Shown here: one piece after another, positions 17,854-26,092 of the stretch
Position numbering within the stretch: position 1 is the first letter of the stretch
Layout of the letters: every line of letters begins with the position of its first letter
Virus record (IMG/VR): IMGVR_UViG_3300017761_002003
Coordinates: 1 to 38,140 of that record
DNA: 38,140 nucleotides
Reading direction: 5' to 3' (one strand)
Source of the DNA: a virus
Taxonomy: Duplodnaviria; Caudoviricetes
Program-made: the position numbers and the translations under genes
Notes under the pieces: generated by a model
What the model was told of the DNA's origin: nothing
The model's input: only the letters and a program-made list of their open reading frames with translations
Databases searched by the model: none

Positions 17854-18244
17854 CGTCTAATTTTATTTTAGTTGTTTTAGGTTTCATCTCAAAACTTAAA
17901 TCTTTCAAATTATTTAAATTTTGTTTTTCAAATATAACTTTTAATTCGTTAACTTTATTTTGAAATAACCTATCTTTTTCTTCTAATTCAAGATTATATC
18001 GAATAATGTTTTTTAAATTATCTGAAATTAATCCCACATTTTCTTCTGATATCTCAGACACAAAGGAAAAAAATCGATGATTTTCTACTTTGCTAGCTTG
18101 TTCCATTACTTTCTCTTCGTCCACATATTTCTTTGGTAATTTCCAAGAAGTCGGAAAACTAACATCAAAACTTAAATAGTTTTCTAATTTTCTAACAGAT
18201 TGTAGATAAGGTAATAGAGATGAAAATTCTTTATATAAACTCAT
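17810..18244 (-). CDS. hypothetical protein
   Basis: Likely start ATG 18244 (MSLYKEF). Confidence 0.75.
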   Translation of the reverse strand: MSLYKEFSSLLPYLQSVRKLENYLSFDVSFPTSWKLPKKYVDEEKVMEQASKVENHRFFSFVSEISEENVGLISDNLKNIIRYNLELEEKDRLFQNKVNELKVIFEKQNLNNLKDLSFEMKPKTTKIKLDDGEESVKGTGVTES

Positions 18245-18246
18245 AA

Positions 18247-18435
18247 TTAATATTTTATAATATATGTTAAACAATATGATATTGCTAACCCAAGAAAGAT
18301 GAGTTCCCATTTTCCCCATACAATTGGTTTTGGTGGGTTTGAAAATAGGGAACTCATTATTCTACTAACTGTCTTTACAACAGTCAATGCTGAAAAGATG
18401 AATACAAATAAATGAATTGTATTTAAATCACACAT
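18247..18435 (-). CDS. small two-TM membrane protein
   Basis: Two hydrophobic segments. Confidence 0.7.
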   Translation of the reverse strand: MCDLNTIHLFVFIFSALTVVKTVSRIMSSLFSNPPKPIVWGKWELIFLGLAISYCLTYIIKY

Positions 18436-18632
18436 TATTTACTTGCGTTTTTCTCTTCTTTTAATCTTTTTCTTTCAGCTAAGATTTCTTTTCTTAAAGT
18501 ATCCGCCAATTTTTTTAAATCCTGAGCGGTCCCTCTAGCTCTTGTACCAGCACTATCGTTACCTCCAAAAAATTTTGTAGTGTTCACCGATAATTCTTCC
18601 GCGGCTAACCTAATTTGTTCTAATGTCTCCAT
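18435..18632 (-). CDS. histone H1-like (Hc1 family, Bacteroidota type) protein
   Basis: KFFGGNDSAGTRARGTAQDLKKLADTLRKEI matches the GNxSAGTRAR...L...LR signature. Confidence 0.8.
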   Translation of the reverse strand: METLEQIRLAAEELSVNTTKFFGGNDSAGTRARGTAQDLKKLADTLRKEILAERKRLKEEKNASK

Positions 18633-18706
18633 TTTGAATGTTTTAATTTTTATTTATAATATTAAAAGTAATTTTTTTTACCTTATAGTAAACACTATTA
18701 CCGTTT

Positions 18707-19171
18707 TTAATGTTTTAAATACTTATCTAACAATTTATAAATTGTGGTAATCATATCTAAGTCCGACTTAGTGAATAGTTTATCACTATTAAATAAGTCA
18801 GTGAAGAAAACCCCTATTGAAGATTTTACATTAACATCTTTTTGATTGTAAAACGTCTCATCAAAAAAAGATTCAAAATAATCAAAATGTTCACCTTTTT
18901 TATCAAACTTAATCTTTTCTTTACCAAAATCAGATATAGTTTTATTCCAACACCATTCAAAGTGATTTCTATCATCAGATTCACTTAAAACAATTTTAGT
19001 TTCATTAATATCATTATCCCCTAAATAAGTGTTTAAAATCAAACTGTTAAGTGAATGCGTAAAATCTGAATATAATTCCAATTTTTCAGGTATTATATTA
19101 TTAACCCGGAACCAAACGTCAACGTCTTCCGGTAATAAAGGTTTTGATATGTAGTTAAAAAAATTCTCCAT
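18707..19171 (-). CDS. hypothetical protein
   Basis: 154-aa ORF. Confidence 0.8.
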   Translation of the reverse strand: MENFFNYISKPLLPEDVDVWFRVNNIIPEKLELYSDFTHSLNSLILNTYLGDNDINETKIVLSESDDRNHFEWCWNKTISDFGKEKIKFDKKGEHFDYFESFFDETFYNQKDVNVKSSIGVFFTDLFNSDKLFTKSDLDMITTIYKLLDKYLKH

Positions 19172-19190
19172 AGAGTTCGTCTATGGAGAA
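19157..19190 (-). terminator. terminator hairpin overlapping a start codon
   Basis: ttctccataga-gttcg-tctatggagaa (11-bp stem, 19164-19190); the minus-strand U-tract lies in codons 3-5 of 18707..19171. Confidence 0.7.
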
Positions 19191-19218
19191 ATTATAAGTT
19201 ATATTGTTTGTTTGTAAA

Positions 19219-20565
19219 TTATTGAGTTTTTCGATTGTAACCCATCAAAGATTTTATCCTATCAAACTCTTCATTGATTTGTTTTGTTTTCTTTTCTGTT
19301 GATTCCAATTTAATATTAATACCTTTACCACTATCCTCACCTGTTGCATCTTTAATAGGTTGAGGAGATTTTTGATAAGCCATGTTTCTTACTTTAGCGA
19401 ATTTATTAGCTTTACGTTTGGCATTAACTTTTTTGTTAACATCTGTTTCAACAGCATTTGCATATGATGAATCATTACCTGTCTTTGACGACCCTTCAAT
19501 GTTATTAGTAATTTGTTCTTCATTTGGTTCTATTTGGTCATAGTCTAAATTTTCCATACCAGGACTCATAAAATCATCAATAAACTCTTTACCAGCATCT
19601 GACATAGTATACGCCTTTTTCTTCATCTTTTCTAATTCACCATTTCCTTTAGGAAACATTTTAGGATTCATATCAAAATCACCTTTAGAACCATCTTTAA
19701 GATAATCTTTCATTTTTTTGGTAACATCCTTAATGTAATCATCATTTTCCTTTCCGGAACCATTGTGAGCCTTTTTATAAACTTCAAACCCTTTTGGTGA
19801 ACCACCAAAACCTTTAATGTTATTTTTTTCCGCAGGGTCTTTAACTTCTTTATTTTTTTGTTCTAAAACAATTTTCTCAATTAACCCAACCATTTCATTT
19901 TCAGTTAATTTATAAGACTTTTTAAGATTTTCTTCCATTCCATGTGTTTTAGATATCTTATTTACTTTTTTAATAGTTTTGTCAACTTTTTGGTTTTTAA
20001 GTTTAACACCACGTCCAACTAAAACATCTTTACGAGTAACTTTACCATCACCTGTTAAGTCAGGAAATTTTTTTACTTCCTTAGTTTCAAATTTTTTACC
20101 CCCAACTTCAAAATCTTTATCTCCTGTTTTTCTAGCTTTAGATAATGCTCCTGTAAAAGCGTTACCCTCATCTGTTTCAGTTTTTTTACCTTGTCTTCTT
20201 TTACGACCTTTTAATGCCTCAGTAATATTAATACCTTGACACATTTCTTTTGTTACAGGGTCATTTTCCCCAAAATTTTCAATGTGATATTTACAAGTTT
20301 TTTCTTTATCATCTACAAAGTCTTCACTTTCTCCAACATAATCAAACTCACCATCTAATGTATTGTCAACATCGTAAACACCTTCTTCCATCTCACTACG
20401 ATTATTACCACACTGTTCACAAACGTCTTCATTCATATTACCCCCACATTGCTCACACATATCACCTTTAATTTTTGAAACAAGAGTATCCGCCTTTTCT
20501 TCTAAAGTTTCTTTTAGAATTTTAGATACTAAATTATCTAAATAAGTTGTATTTATTTTTTTCAT
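19219..20565 (-). CDS. late, probably prohead-core/internal head protein
   Basis: Repeated CEQCG, EGNAFTGAL..ARK, FPDLTGDGKVTRKDVL and several (L/I)xE sites; TATTTATA at 20579-20586. Confidence 0.7.
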   Translation of the reverse strand: MKKINTTYLDNLVSKILKETLEEKADTLVSKIKGDMCEQCGGNMNEDVCEQCGNNRSEMEEGVYDVDNTLDGEFDYVGESEDFVDDKEKTCKYHIENFGENDPVTKEMCQGINITEALKGRKRRQGKKTETDEGNAFTGALSKARKTGDKDFEVGGKKFETKEVKKFPDLTGDGKVTRKDVLVGRGVKLKNQKVDKTIKKVNKISKTHGMEENLKKSYKLTENEMVGLIEKIVLEQKNKEVKDPAEKNNIKGFGGSPKGFEVYKKAHNGSGKENDDYIKDVTKKMKDYLKDGSKGDFDMNPKMFPKGNGELEKMKKKAYTMSDAGKEFIDDFMSPGMENLDYDQIEPNEEQITNNIEGSSKTGNDSSYANAVETDVNKKVNAKRKANKFAKVRNMAYQKSPQPIKDATGEDSGKGINIKLESTEKKTKQINEEFDRIKSLMGYNRKTQ

Positions 20566-20604
20566 TTTTAGTTTTTATTATAAATATATTGGTTTTTAAC
20601 TTTA

Positions 20605-21333
20605 TTACTTTGAAAAAGTATTTTCATACTCATAAGCAATGATTGTTTTAATAACATTCTCTTTTATATTGTGTCTCTCACTAATATTTTGAATAGCTTT
20701 CTTAATCTTTTCATTCTCAAATATTTTCAAAGCTTTAATATCACCTTGATTACAATACGGAAATTTTTGACATTTCTTTTTAACTTGGACAAATTTTCCC
20801 CCGGGTATTTGTGTCTTAGATTTTCCTCTCCAATCTTTCTTACTTTGAGATTTAGCCCAAGCGGCTGTTGTTTCATAAGAACCGGAAGAACCGGAACCTG
20901 TTGATTCAGTTGCCTCAACTTTTTTAACATCCTCTTCTTCATCTTCTTTTATACAATTAGGAACCATTCTCGTACCTTTCTTTTTCATACCCTTTTGTTT
21001 AAAACCTGTCCAACATTTTTCTTGCATCTCTTGTTTAGTTGTAGAGAATAATGGAGCAACAAATCCTCCTGCAGAACCTGAACCGGTTGACTCAGATGTT
21101 TCACCATCTTTACTCATTGTTTGTTTACCTTTACCCACTAATTTACCGATATCACCCTTTTTCATTGGTTTCTTAATCATTTTTGTTTTTTTATTATTTT
21201 CCGGAATTTCATTTTTAAATTCGTTTGTGGCAATTGCCGCGTCAATACCACCACCTGAAATTGTACTTAATTTCCCCATCTCAGTTGACATAGCACTCTT
21301 TAAATCCGTTCCAATACTTTCCTTTAGTTTCAT
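20605..21333 (-). CDS. late, probably internal head protein
   Basis: ESTGSGS twice; CWTGFKQKGMKKKGTRMVPNC; CQKFPYC. Confidence 0.65.
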   Translation of the reverse strand: MKLKESIGTDLKSAMSTEMGKLSTISGGGIDAAIATNEFKNEIPENNKKTKMIKKPMKKGDIGKLVGKGKQTMSKDGETSESTGSGSAGGFVAPLFSTTKQEMQEKCWTGFKQKGMKKKGTRMVPNCIKEDEEEDVKKVEATESTGSGSSGSYETTAAWAKSQSKKDWRGKSKTQIPGGKFVQVKKKCQKFPYCNQGDIKALKIFENEKIKKAIQNISERHNIKENVIKTIIAYEYENTFSK

Positions 21334-21336
21334 ACA

Positions 21337-21582
21337 TTAAGCGTTTTTAAGCCTTGGTTCCCAATAACTTCTATTCATCCACATAAATTGATAGAACTCA
21401 CGGAACATCCTTAGTGTGATGTCTTTAATATCTCCTTCAAGTTTACCCCTCTTAATCTCTTTAGAAATTGTATCAATTAATTTATTTTCATACTGTTGCA
21501 TTGTTGTGCTCCCAAAAAAATCTTTAATTTCTTTACGGACTAATGTCTCAATCTCTTTCTTATCTGTCGTGGTTAGTGCCAT
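21337..21582 (-). CDS. hypothetical protein
   Basis: 81-aa ORF in the late operon. Confidence 0.75.
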   Translation of the reverse strand: MALTTTDKKEIETLVRKEIKDFFGSTTMQQYENKLIDTISKEIKRGKLEGDIKDITLRMFREFYQFMWMNRSYWEPRLKNA

Positions 21583-21583
21583 T

Positions 21584-21988
21584 TTATTTAACTATTAATA
21601 AATATGAAGTCGCCAACACCCCTAAAAAGGTTCCGGATTTATACAAAAAAGTTTTAACTTTACTTCCTCTTAACTCTTTTTGTAAATCTTTAGTCATCAA
21701 GTCATATTGAGTTATCTGTGAATCTTTTTGTTCAATTATAAACAGATTATTCTTATCTTTTTTTTCCAATAAAGAAATAATTGTATCTTTTTTGACTTCT
21801 CTTAACTCAACTTTACATAATTTATCTTGAGTTAATTTTAACTCTTCTTTACACCCATCATACCTCAGTAAATCTTGATAGATTAATCTTGCCGTCTTGG
21901 TTGGAAGTATTACTTTAGTTGTATCTTGCTGTGAGTAACTGCTCAAGCTCAACATTACCAAAGTTATTAGAATTATTAACTTTTTCAT
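21584..21988 (-). CDS. secreted coiled-coil protein with C-terminal hydrophobic tail (spanin-like partner)
   Basis: Signal peptide ...SSYS/QQ; 74-nt overlap with the upstream gene. Confidence 0.6.
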   Translation of the reverse strand: MKKLIILITLVMLSLSSYSQQDTTKVILPTKTARLIYQDLLRYDGCKEELKLTQDKLCKVELREVKKDTIISLLEKKDKNNLFIIEQKDSQITQYDLMTKDLQKELRGSKVKTFLYKSGTFLGVLATSYLLIVK

Positions 21989-22262
21989 TCGTTTTTTCTT
22001 TTACTATTGTTAAATTATTATCAATATGATGAATTTCTTTAGTAATATTGGTAATATTTTCTTTTACCTCAATAACTTTAGTATCTATTTGTTTATTAAC
22101 TAATTGAGCGGAATCAACTTTCACTTGAATTTCCTCAATTTTTTCTTTATACCCTTTTACATCTGTTTTAATACCATTGGTCATAAAAATATTCCAACCA
22201 ACTAAGACACCAACAATAATTAATAAAATTGTCTGACTTTTACCTTGAGTAATATCTTTCAT
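21915..22262 (-). CDS. N-terminal TM + coiled coil (i-spanin-like)
   Basis: ILLIIVGVLVGWNIF followed by a long heptad-like region. Confidence 0.6.
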   Translation of the reverse strand: MKDITQGKSQTILLIIVGVLVGWNIFMTNGIKTDVKGYKEKIEEIQVKVDSAQLVNKQIDTKVIEVKENITNITKEIHHIDNNLTIVKEKTNEKVNNSNNFGNVELEQLLTARYN

Positions 22263-22879
22263 TAATCTTCAGTTTTAATTGTTTTCTTTCTTGAAGATAT
22301 GACACCAGCCCATTTTGATTTGAATTTTTCATAAAAATTCTTTAATTTAGTAATTAAATTTATAAATTCATTATCGGCCTTTATCATTTCACCATTAATA
22401 TAAACCCCATTTTCTTCACCTATTGAGAAGAAGAATTCAAGGTCAAACTCTATTAATTTTCCTGACCATTCAACATTATTTGAATATACGTTTAATTTAT
22501 TAAAATCCACCATATCAGATACGTTAGAAACAAACTCATCCATCGTTTCTTGAAAAGCAATCTTTTCATCTGTCGTTAATTCTAAATCCGTTTGTTCTTT
22601 TCCGTGTAAAACTAACAATCCACCGGAAATTCTATACACCTGTTTTTTATCATCCTCAGATTCAATTTCTTCTTCAGTGTCAGCAGTATCATAATCAATT
22701 CTGTCCTCAACAGATTTAGTTACATTAATTTTTGAGGTAACATTGTTATCTATTAAGTCAATATCCTGCTCTGTTAATAACCCATATTGTCTACGGATAT
22801 CTTCATTTAAATTATTATTCCCCAATAATTTTCGGGAAACATTTAATAATTGTTTAATTTCATCGTGCGAATTACTCAT
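22262..22879 (-). CDS. late hypothetical protein with YGLLTEQ leader
   Basis: IRRQYGLLTEQ resembles IRSIYGLVNEQ of the LysM protein. Confidence 0.75.
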   Translation of the reverse strand: MSNSHDEIKQLLNVSRKLLGNNNLNEDIRRQYGLLTEQDIDLIDNNVTSKINVTKSVEDRIDYDTADTEEEIESEDDKKQVYRISGGLLVLHGKEQTDLELTTDEKIAFQETMDEFVSNVSDMVDFNKLNVYSNNVEWSGKLIEFDLEFFFSIGEENGVYINGEMIKADNEFINLITKLKNFYEKFKSKWAGVISSRKKTIKTED

Positions 22880-23468
22880 TTTCTATTTTTTTTAAAAGTT
22901 CATTAAATTTAAACGCCGGACTAACATCTGTGTAATTAATACCAAAATTACTTTTAGTCACAATTCCACAATACCTCTCAACCCCATTTATTCTTGTGTT
23001 GTGTTCAACAATTTGAGATTTAATTTTAACACTCTCAAACAACTCTTTACATAATAACCCAAGTTTATTAACCTGAGTTTCTGTATATGGTTGCCAAAAA
23101 AAGTAATCTCTCCATTTTTTTTCAAACACATCACCTTTATAAATATCTCCAATCCAGTTAATGTAATGGTTGGTTAGTGGTTCTTTTTGTAACCACCCTA
23201 AATTTTCTAATGATACGATAATTGAGTTACGATTTATGTTTGGGTCTTTGAAGTATTCCGAGTGTTCATTATTACCCAATAATTGTAGAATTTTACCCTC
23301 CCGGGTAATAATATAATTGGGGATTCTTTTGAAATCCCCATTAAAACGAAACTTCAATGACTGAAGATAGTCGTTGATGTTTCTTGATGTGTGTGTAAGT
23401 ATGATTTGGTGTTTTTTCTTTTGTTTTCCAACCGGTTTGAAGTCACCGTATTTGATAATATCTATCAT
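22872..23468 (-). CDS. N-acetylmuramoyl-L-alanine amidase (Amidase_2/PGRP) fold, Zn ligands apparently substituted
   Basis: QIILTHT, PNYIITREGKILQL, NRNSIIVSLEN, YTETQVNKL, DVSP. Confidence 0.75.
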   Translation of the reverse strand: MIDIIKYGDFKPVGKQKKKHQIILTHTSRNINDYLQSLKFRFNGDFKRIPNYIITREGKILQLLGNNEHSEYFKDPNINRNSIIVSLENLGWLQKEPLTNHYINWIGDIYKGDVFEKKWRDYFFWQPYTETQVNKLGLLCKELFESVKIKSQIVEHNTRINGVERYCGIVTKSNFGINYTDVSPAFKFNELLKKIENE

Positions 23469-23487
23469 TTAAACATAAATTAATGTT

Positions 23488-24294
23488 TTATGGTTTAACG
23501 TAACTTAATCTATTTGGACGTGGTGGTTCGTGTGTGTCCATTCCCGGACTAATAAAATCATCATATATAGGATTAGGAAAAAATATTTCATTACTAATTG
23601 GTTGTTCATCCTGAGACAAATCAATTTCGCCCGTATTTCCATCAACCAGATTCTCTTTAATATAAACAGGTTTCTCAACCTCCACATATTCAATCACAGG
23701 AATCTCAACAATTTTCTCAACTTCAACTATCTTTTCAACCTCAACAATTTTCTCAACTTCAACCGGAACTTCTTTAATTACTTCTTTTTCTACAATAACT
23801 TCTTTAATTATCTCTTCCTCATCAGTTTTACCATCATCGTATTTGGTGAAGAAGTGTAGAGATGTTAATGATATTATTGGAAGTAATCCTCCTTCTAAAA
23901 ACGCTAACCATCTTTTCATTGCGATAACATCGTTAGCTTTAGAACCTAACATTTCCCATACAGGCCCGGTTAGTTCCATCCAAGATTTAAATAACTCACC
24001 ATTAGCATCAATTTGTTTATATGAATAGAAAATATTACCAATCATTTGGATGAAGGTAATTATTCCAAACATAAACCAAACACCACCTTTAATTTTGTTT
24101 GTTGCAGCAACTAAGGCTGTCATTGCACCTATTTCAATCGCTATGGATAGGTATATCGCCCAACTAATCGGGTTGGCTAAGTTATACCAAGAAACAACGT
24201 GAGATATTGATATTCCCGCAACCAAAATTATTGGTATTAAAAACATCGCTCTATTTGGATGTTCTTTAATAGAGGTCCATAATGTCTTAATCAT
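23488..24294 (-). CDS. multi-pass membrane protein with VEKIVE repeats
   Basis: About four TM segments, then EVEKIVEVEKIVEVEKIVEIP. Confidence 0.8.
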   Translation of the reverse strand: MIKTLWTSIKEHPNRAMFLIPIILVAGISISHVVSWYNLANPISWAIYLSIAIEIGAMTALVAATNKIKGGVWFMFGIITFIQMIGNIFYSYKQIDANGELFKSWMELTGPVWEMLGSKANDVIAMKRWLAFLEGGLLPIISLTSLHFFTKYDDGKTDEEEIIKEVIVEKEVIKEVPVEVEKIVEVEKIVEVEKIVEIPVIEYVEVEKPVYIKENLVDGNTGEIDLSQDEQPISNEIFFPNPIYDDFISPGMDTHEPPRPNRLSYVKP

Positions 24295-24559
24295 TTGATA
24301 TTTTACTTATTTCTTGGTCAATTTGAGTTTGTCTTGTAACATCTAATATTTTTCTATCAGAAGCTTGTATAGCTCTTTTCTCAGATTTAAGACCCTCAAT
24401 TTTTATCTCTCTACGAAGTTTTACAGACAATGAATCGATACTATCGTTAACATCTTGAACTTTTGAGTTCGTACTACAGGTTTTAAAGAATGTTATTATA
24501 ACTAGTAAAAATATTATTCTAATACCCCAAACATCAATAAAATTTAATATTGCTTTCAT
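24287..24559 (-). CDS. membrane-anchored or possible lipoprotein coiled coil
   Basis: IRIIFLLVIITFFKTC. Confidence 0.7.
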   Translation of the reverse strand: MKAILNFIDVWGIRIIFLLVIITFFKTCSTNSKVQDVNDSIDSLSVKLRREIKIEGLKSEKRAIQASDRKILDVTRQTQIDQEISKISND

Positions 24560-24592
24560 AATTTTTGTTTTAATTTTATCATAAAAATAAAA

Positions 24593-24620
24593 AACCTTCT
24601 ATCATAATAAATAGAAGGTT
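24593..24620 (-). terminator. sigma-gene terminator containing a TATTTAT motif
   Basis: aaccttctat-cataataa-atagaaggtt with U-tract on -; ataaata at 24607-24613. Confidence 0.75.
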
Positions 24621-24629
24621 GTAAAGTTT

Positions 24630-25430
24630 TTACATATAATCATATAATATTGAACTGTCGTTCCTTAATTTTCGTAAGGCTTTCTCTTTAATTTGTCTCA
24701 CCCTCTCTTTTGTAAGATTAAAATCACCACCAATATCTTCTAAAGTCCTTGGTGTTCCGGTAAGACCGTAATAATCTCCCACAATAACTTTTTCTCTATC
24801 ATCCAAGACATTTAATAATGAATGTAATTGTCTTTTTAATTCATCCTTAGTGTCAAAAACTTCATCCGGCATATCTGCTTGGTCGTTTCTAACGATATCA
24901 ACAAGAGTGTCCCCATCTTCGTTAATACTCATATCTAACCAAACCATTGATGGTAGGTTTTGAAACTTATCCTCCAATTTACCACCATTAGACTCTATCT
25001 CCTTCTTAGCCCTATGTAAATCCTGAACCACATTAACCGGTAATCGTATAGTACGAGCATTATCGTTTAAAGATTGGAGAATGGATTGTTTAACCCACCA
25101 CACAGCGTAAGATATAAATCTAAGATTCTTAGACCAATCAAAATTTTTAATCGCTTTCATCAACCCTAAGTTACCCTCAGAAATTAAATCGGGAAAATCT
25201 AACCCTTGATTTTGATATTGTTTTGCCACGGTAATAACAAAACGTAAGTTACCTTCCAATAGTTCTTGGTTCACCTCATCAATCTCCTTTGGGGTTAAAG
25301 TCCCGGAACTAATCATCTTAGACAATTCTTTCTCTCTTTCGGGAGTCATTACCTTAATTTTACGGATGTCCTTTAAATACAGGTTTATCTCTTCTTGATT
25401 AATTGGGATACTTGAGCTTTTTTCTTTCAT
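24630..25430 (-). CDS. sigma-70 family (RpoD/SigA-like, Bacteroidota type) sigma factor
   Basis: YLKDI, NLRFVITVAKQYQNQG, DLISEGNLGL, FISYAVWW, IRLP, TLEDIG...LTKERVRQIKEKALRKLR. Confidence 0.95.
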   Translation of the reverse strand: MKEKSSSIPINQEEINLYLKDIRKIKVMTPEREKELSKMISSGTLTPKEIDEVNQELLEGNLRFVITVAKQYQNQGLDFPDLISEGNLGLMKAIKNFDWSKNLRFISYAVWWVKQSILQSLNDNARTIRLPVNVVQDLHRAKKEIESNGGKLEDKFQNLPSMVWLDMSINEDGDTLVDIVRNDQADMPDEVFDTKDELKRQLHSLLNVLDDREKVIVGDYYGLTGTPRTLEDIGGDFNLTKERVRQIKEKALRKLRNDSSILYDYM

Positions 25431-25431
25431 A

Positions 25432-26001
25432 TTAATTTGAATATTTATTTAATTGTGTCAATTCTTTTTCTGTTAGCGAATTTAAACCTTTTTCTTTAAT
25501 CTTCTCTAATAACTCATCTAAAGATGGGTTACGTTGTTTGTTTTTAATTTTTTCAATATCATCTTCCTCATCATAATCAAAGTCAAAGTCTTCAATGTTT
25601 AACATAAAACTTTCTTTGATTTGGTCTTGTATCATTTTTCGTACCTCAAACTCATTTGGTTCAATAGTTTTAGTAGTATCTGACATATAGTCACTAATAC
25701 CGTCATTGAAAAGGTGTTCGGATATTTTTTTAGGTAAACAATATGACAAATTGTCAGATGTATAAGGTAATAGAACATACATAATGTCCTCCACATCTAA
25801 AATCATATCAACATAATCTTTCACATCTTGATGAGAATCTAATGTTGATATTGTGAACACAGATGATTCCGGTCCAAAATAAAAATTAATATTGGGTGTG
25901 TCAGAAATTACACATAATTCTTCCGCGATTTGTTCTGTAAATTTTTTTGGGTTGTCGTTCTTTGCGAAGACAAATAAAATGTATTTGGTTAATCCATCCA
26001 T
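25432..26001 (-). CDS. hypothetical protein with C-terminal DUF6576-like motif
   Basis: LDELLEKIKEKGLNSLTEKE. Confidence 0.7.
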   Translation of the reverse strand: MDGLTKYILFVFAKNDNPKKFTEQIAEELCVISDTPNINFYFGPESSVFTISTLDSHQDVKDYVDMILDVEDIMYVLLPYTSDNLSYCLPKKISEHLFNDGISDYMSDTTKTIEPNEFEVRKMIQDQIKESFMLNIEDFDFDYDEEDDIEKIKNKQRNPSLDELLEKIKEKGLNSLTEKELTQLNKYSN

Positions 26002-26032
26002 ACGTTATACGTTTAAGTTATATGTTATGTTA

Positions 26033-26063
26033 CAAAGATAGTAAAAATAAAAATAACCATCAA
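26033..26063 (-). promoter_or_regulatory. Bacteroidota-type promoter TTG-N20-TATCTTTG driving the sigma operon
   Basis: caaagata 26033-26040 and caa 26061-26063 on +. Confidence 0.7.
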
Positions 26064-26079
26064 GTAGATGGTTATTTTT
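26049..26079. terminator. intrinsic terminator
   Basis: aaaaataaccatc-aagta-gatggttattttt. Confidence 0.8.
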
Positions 26080-26092
26080 ATTTATAATATTA

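Noticed and set aside
23690-23815. 18-bp tandem DNA repeat as a regulatory or contingency locus
   Set aside because: Third positions vary; explained by the VEKIVE protein repeat
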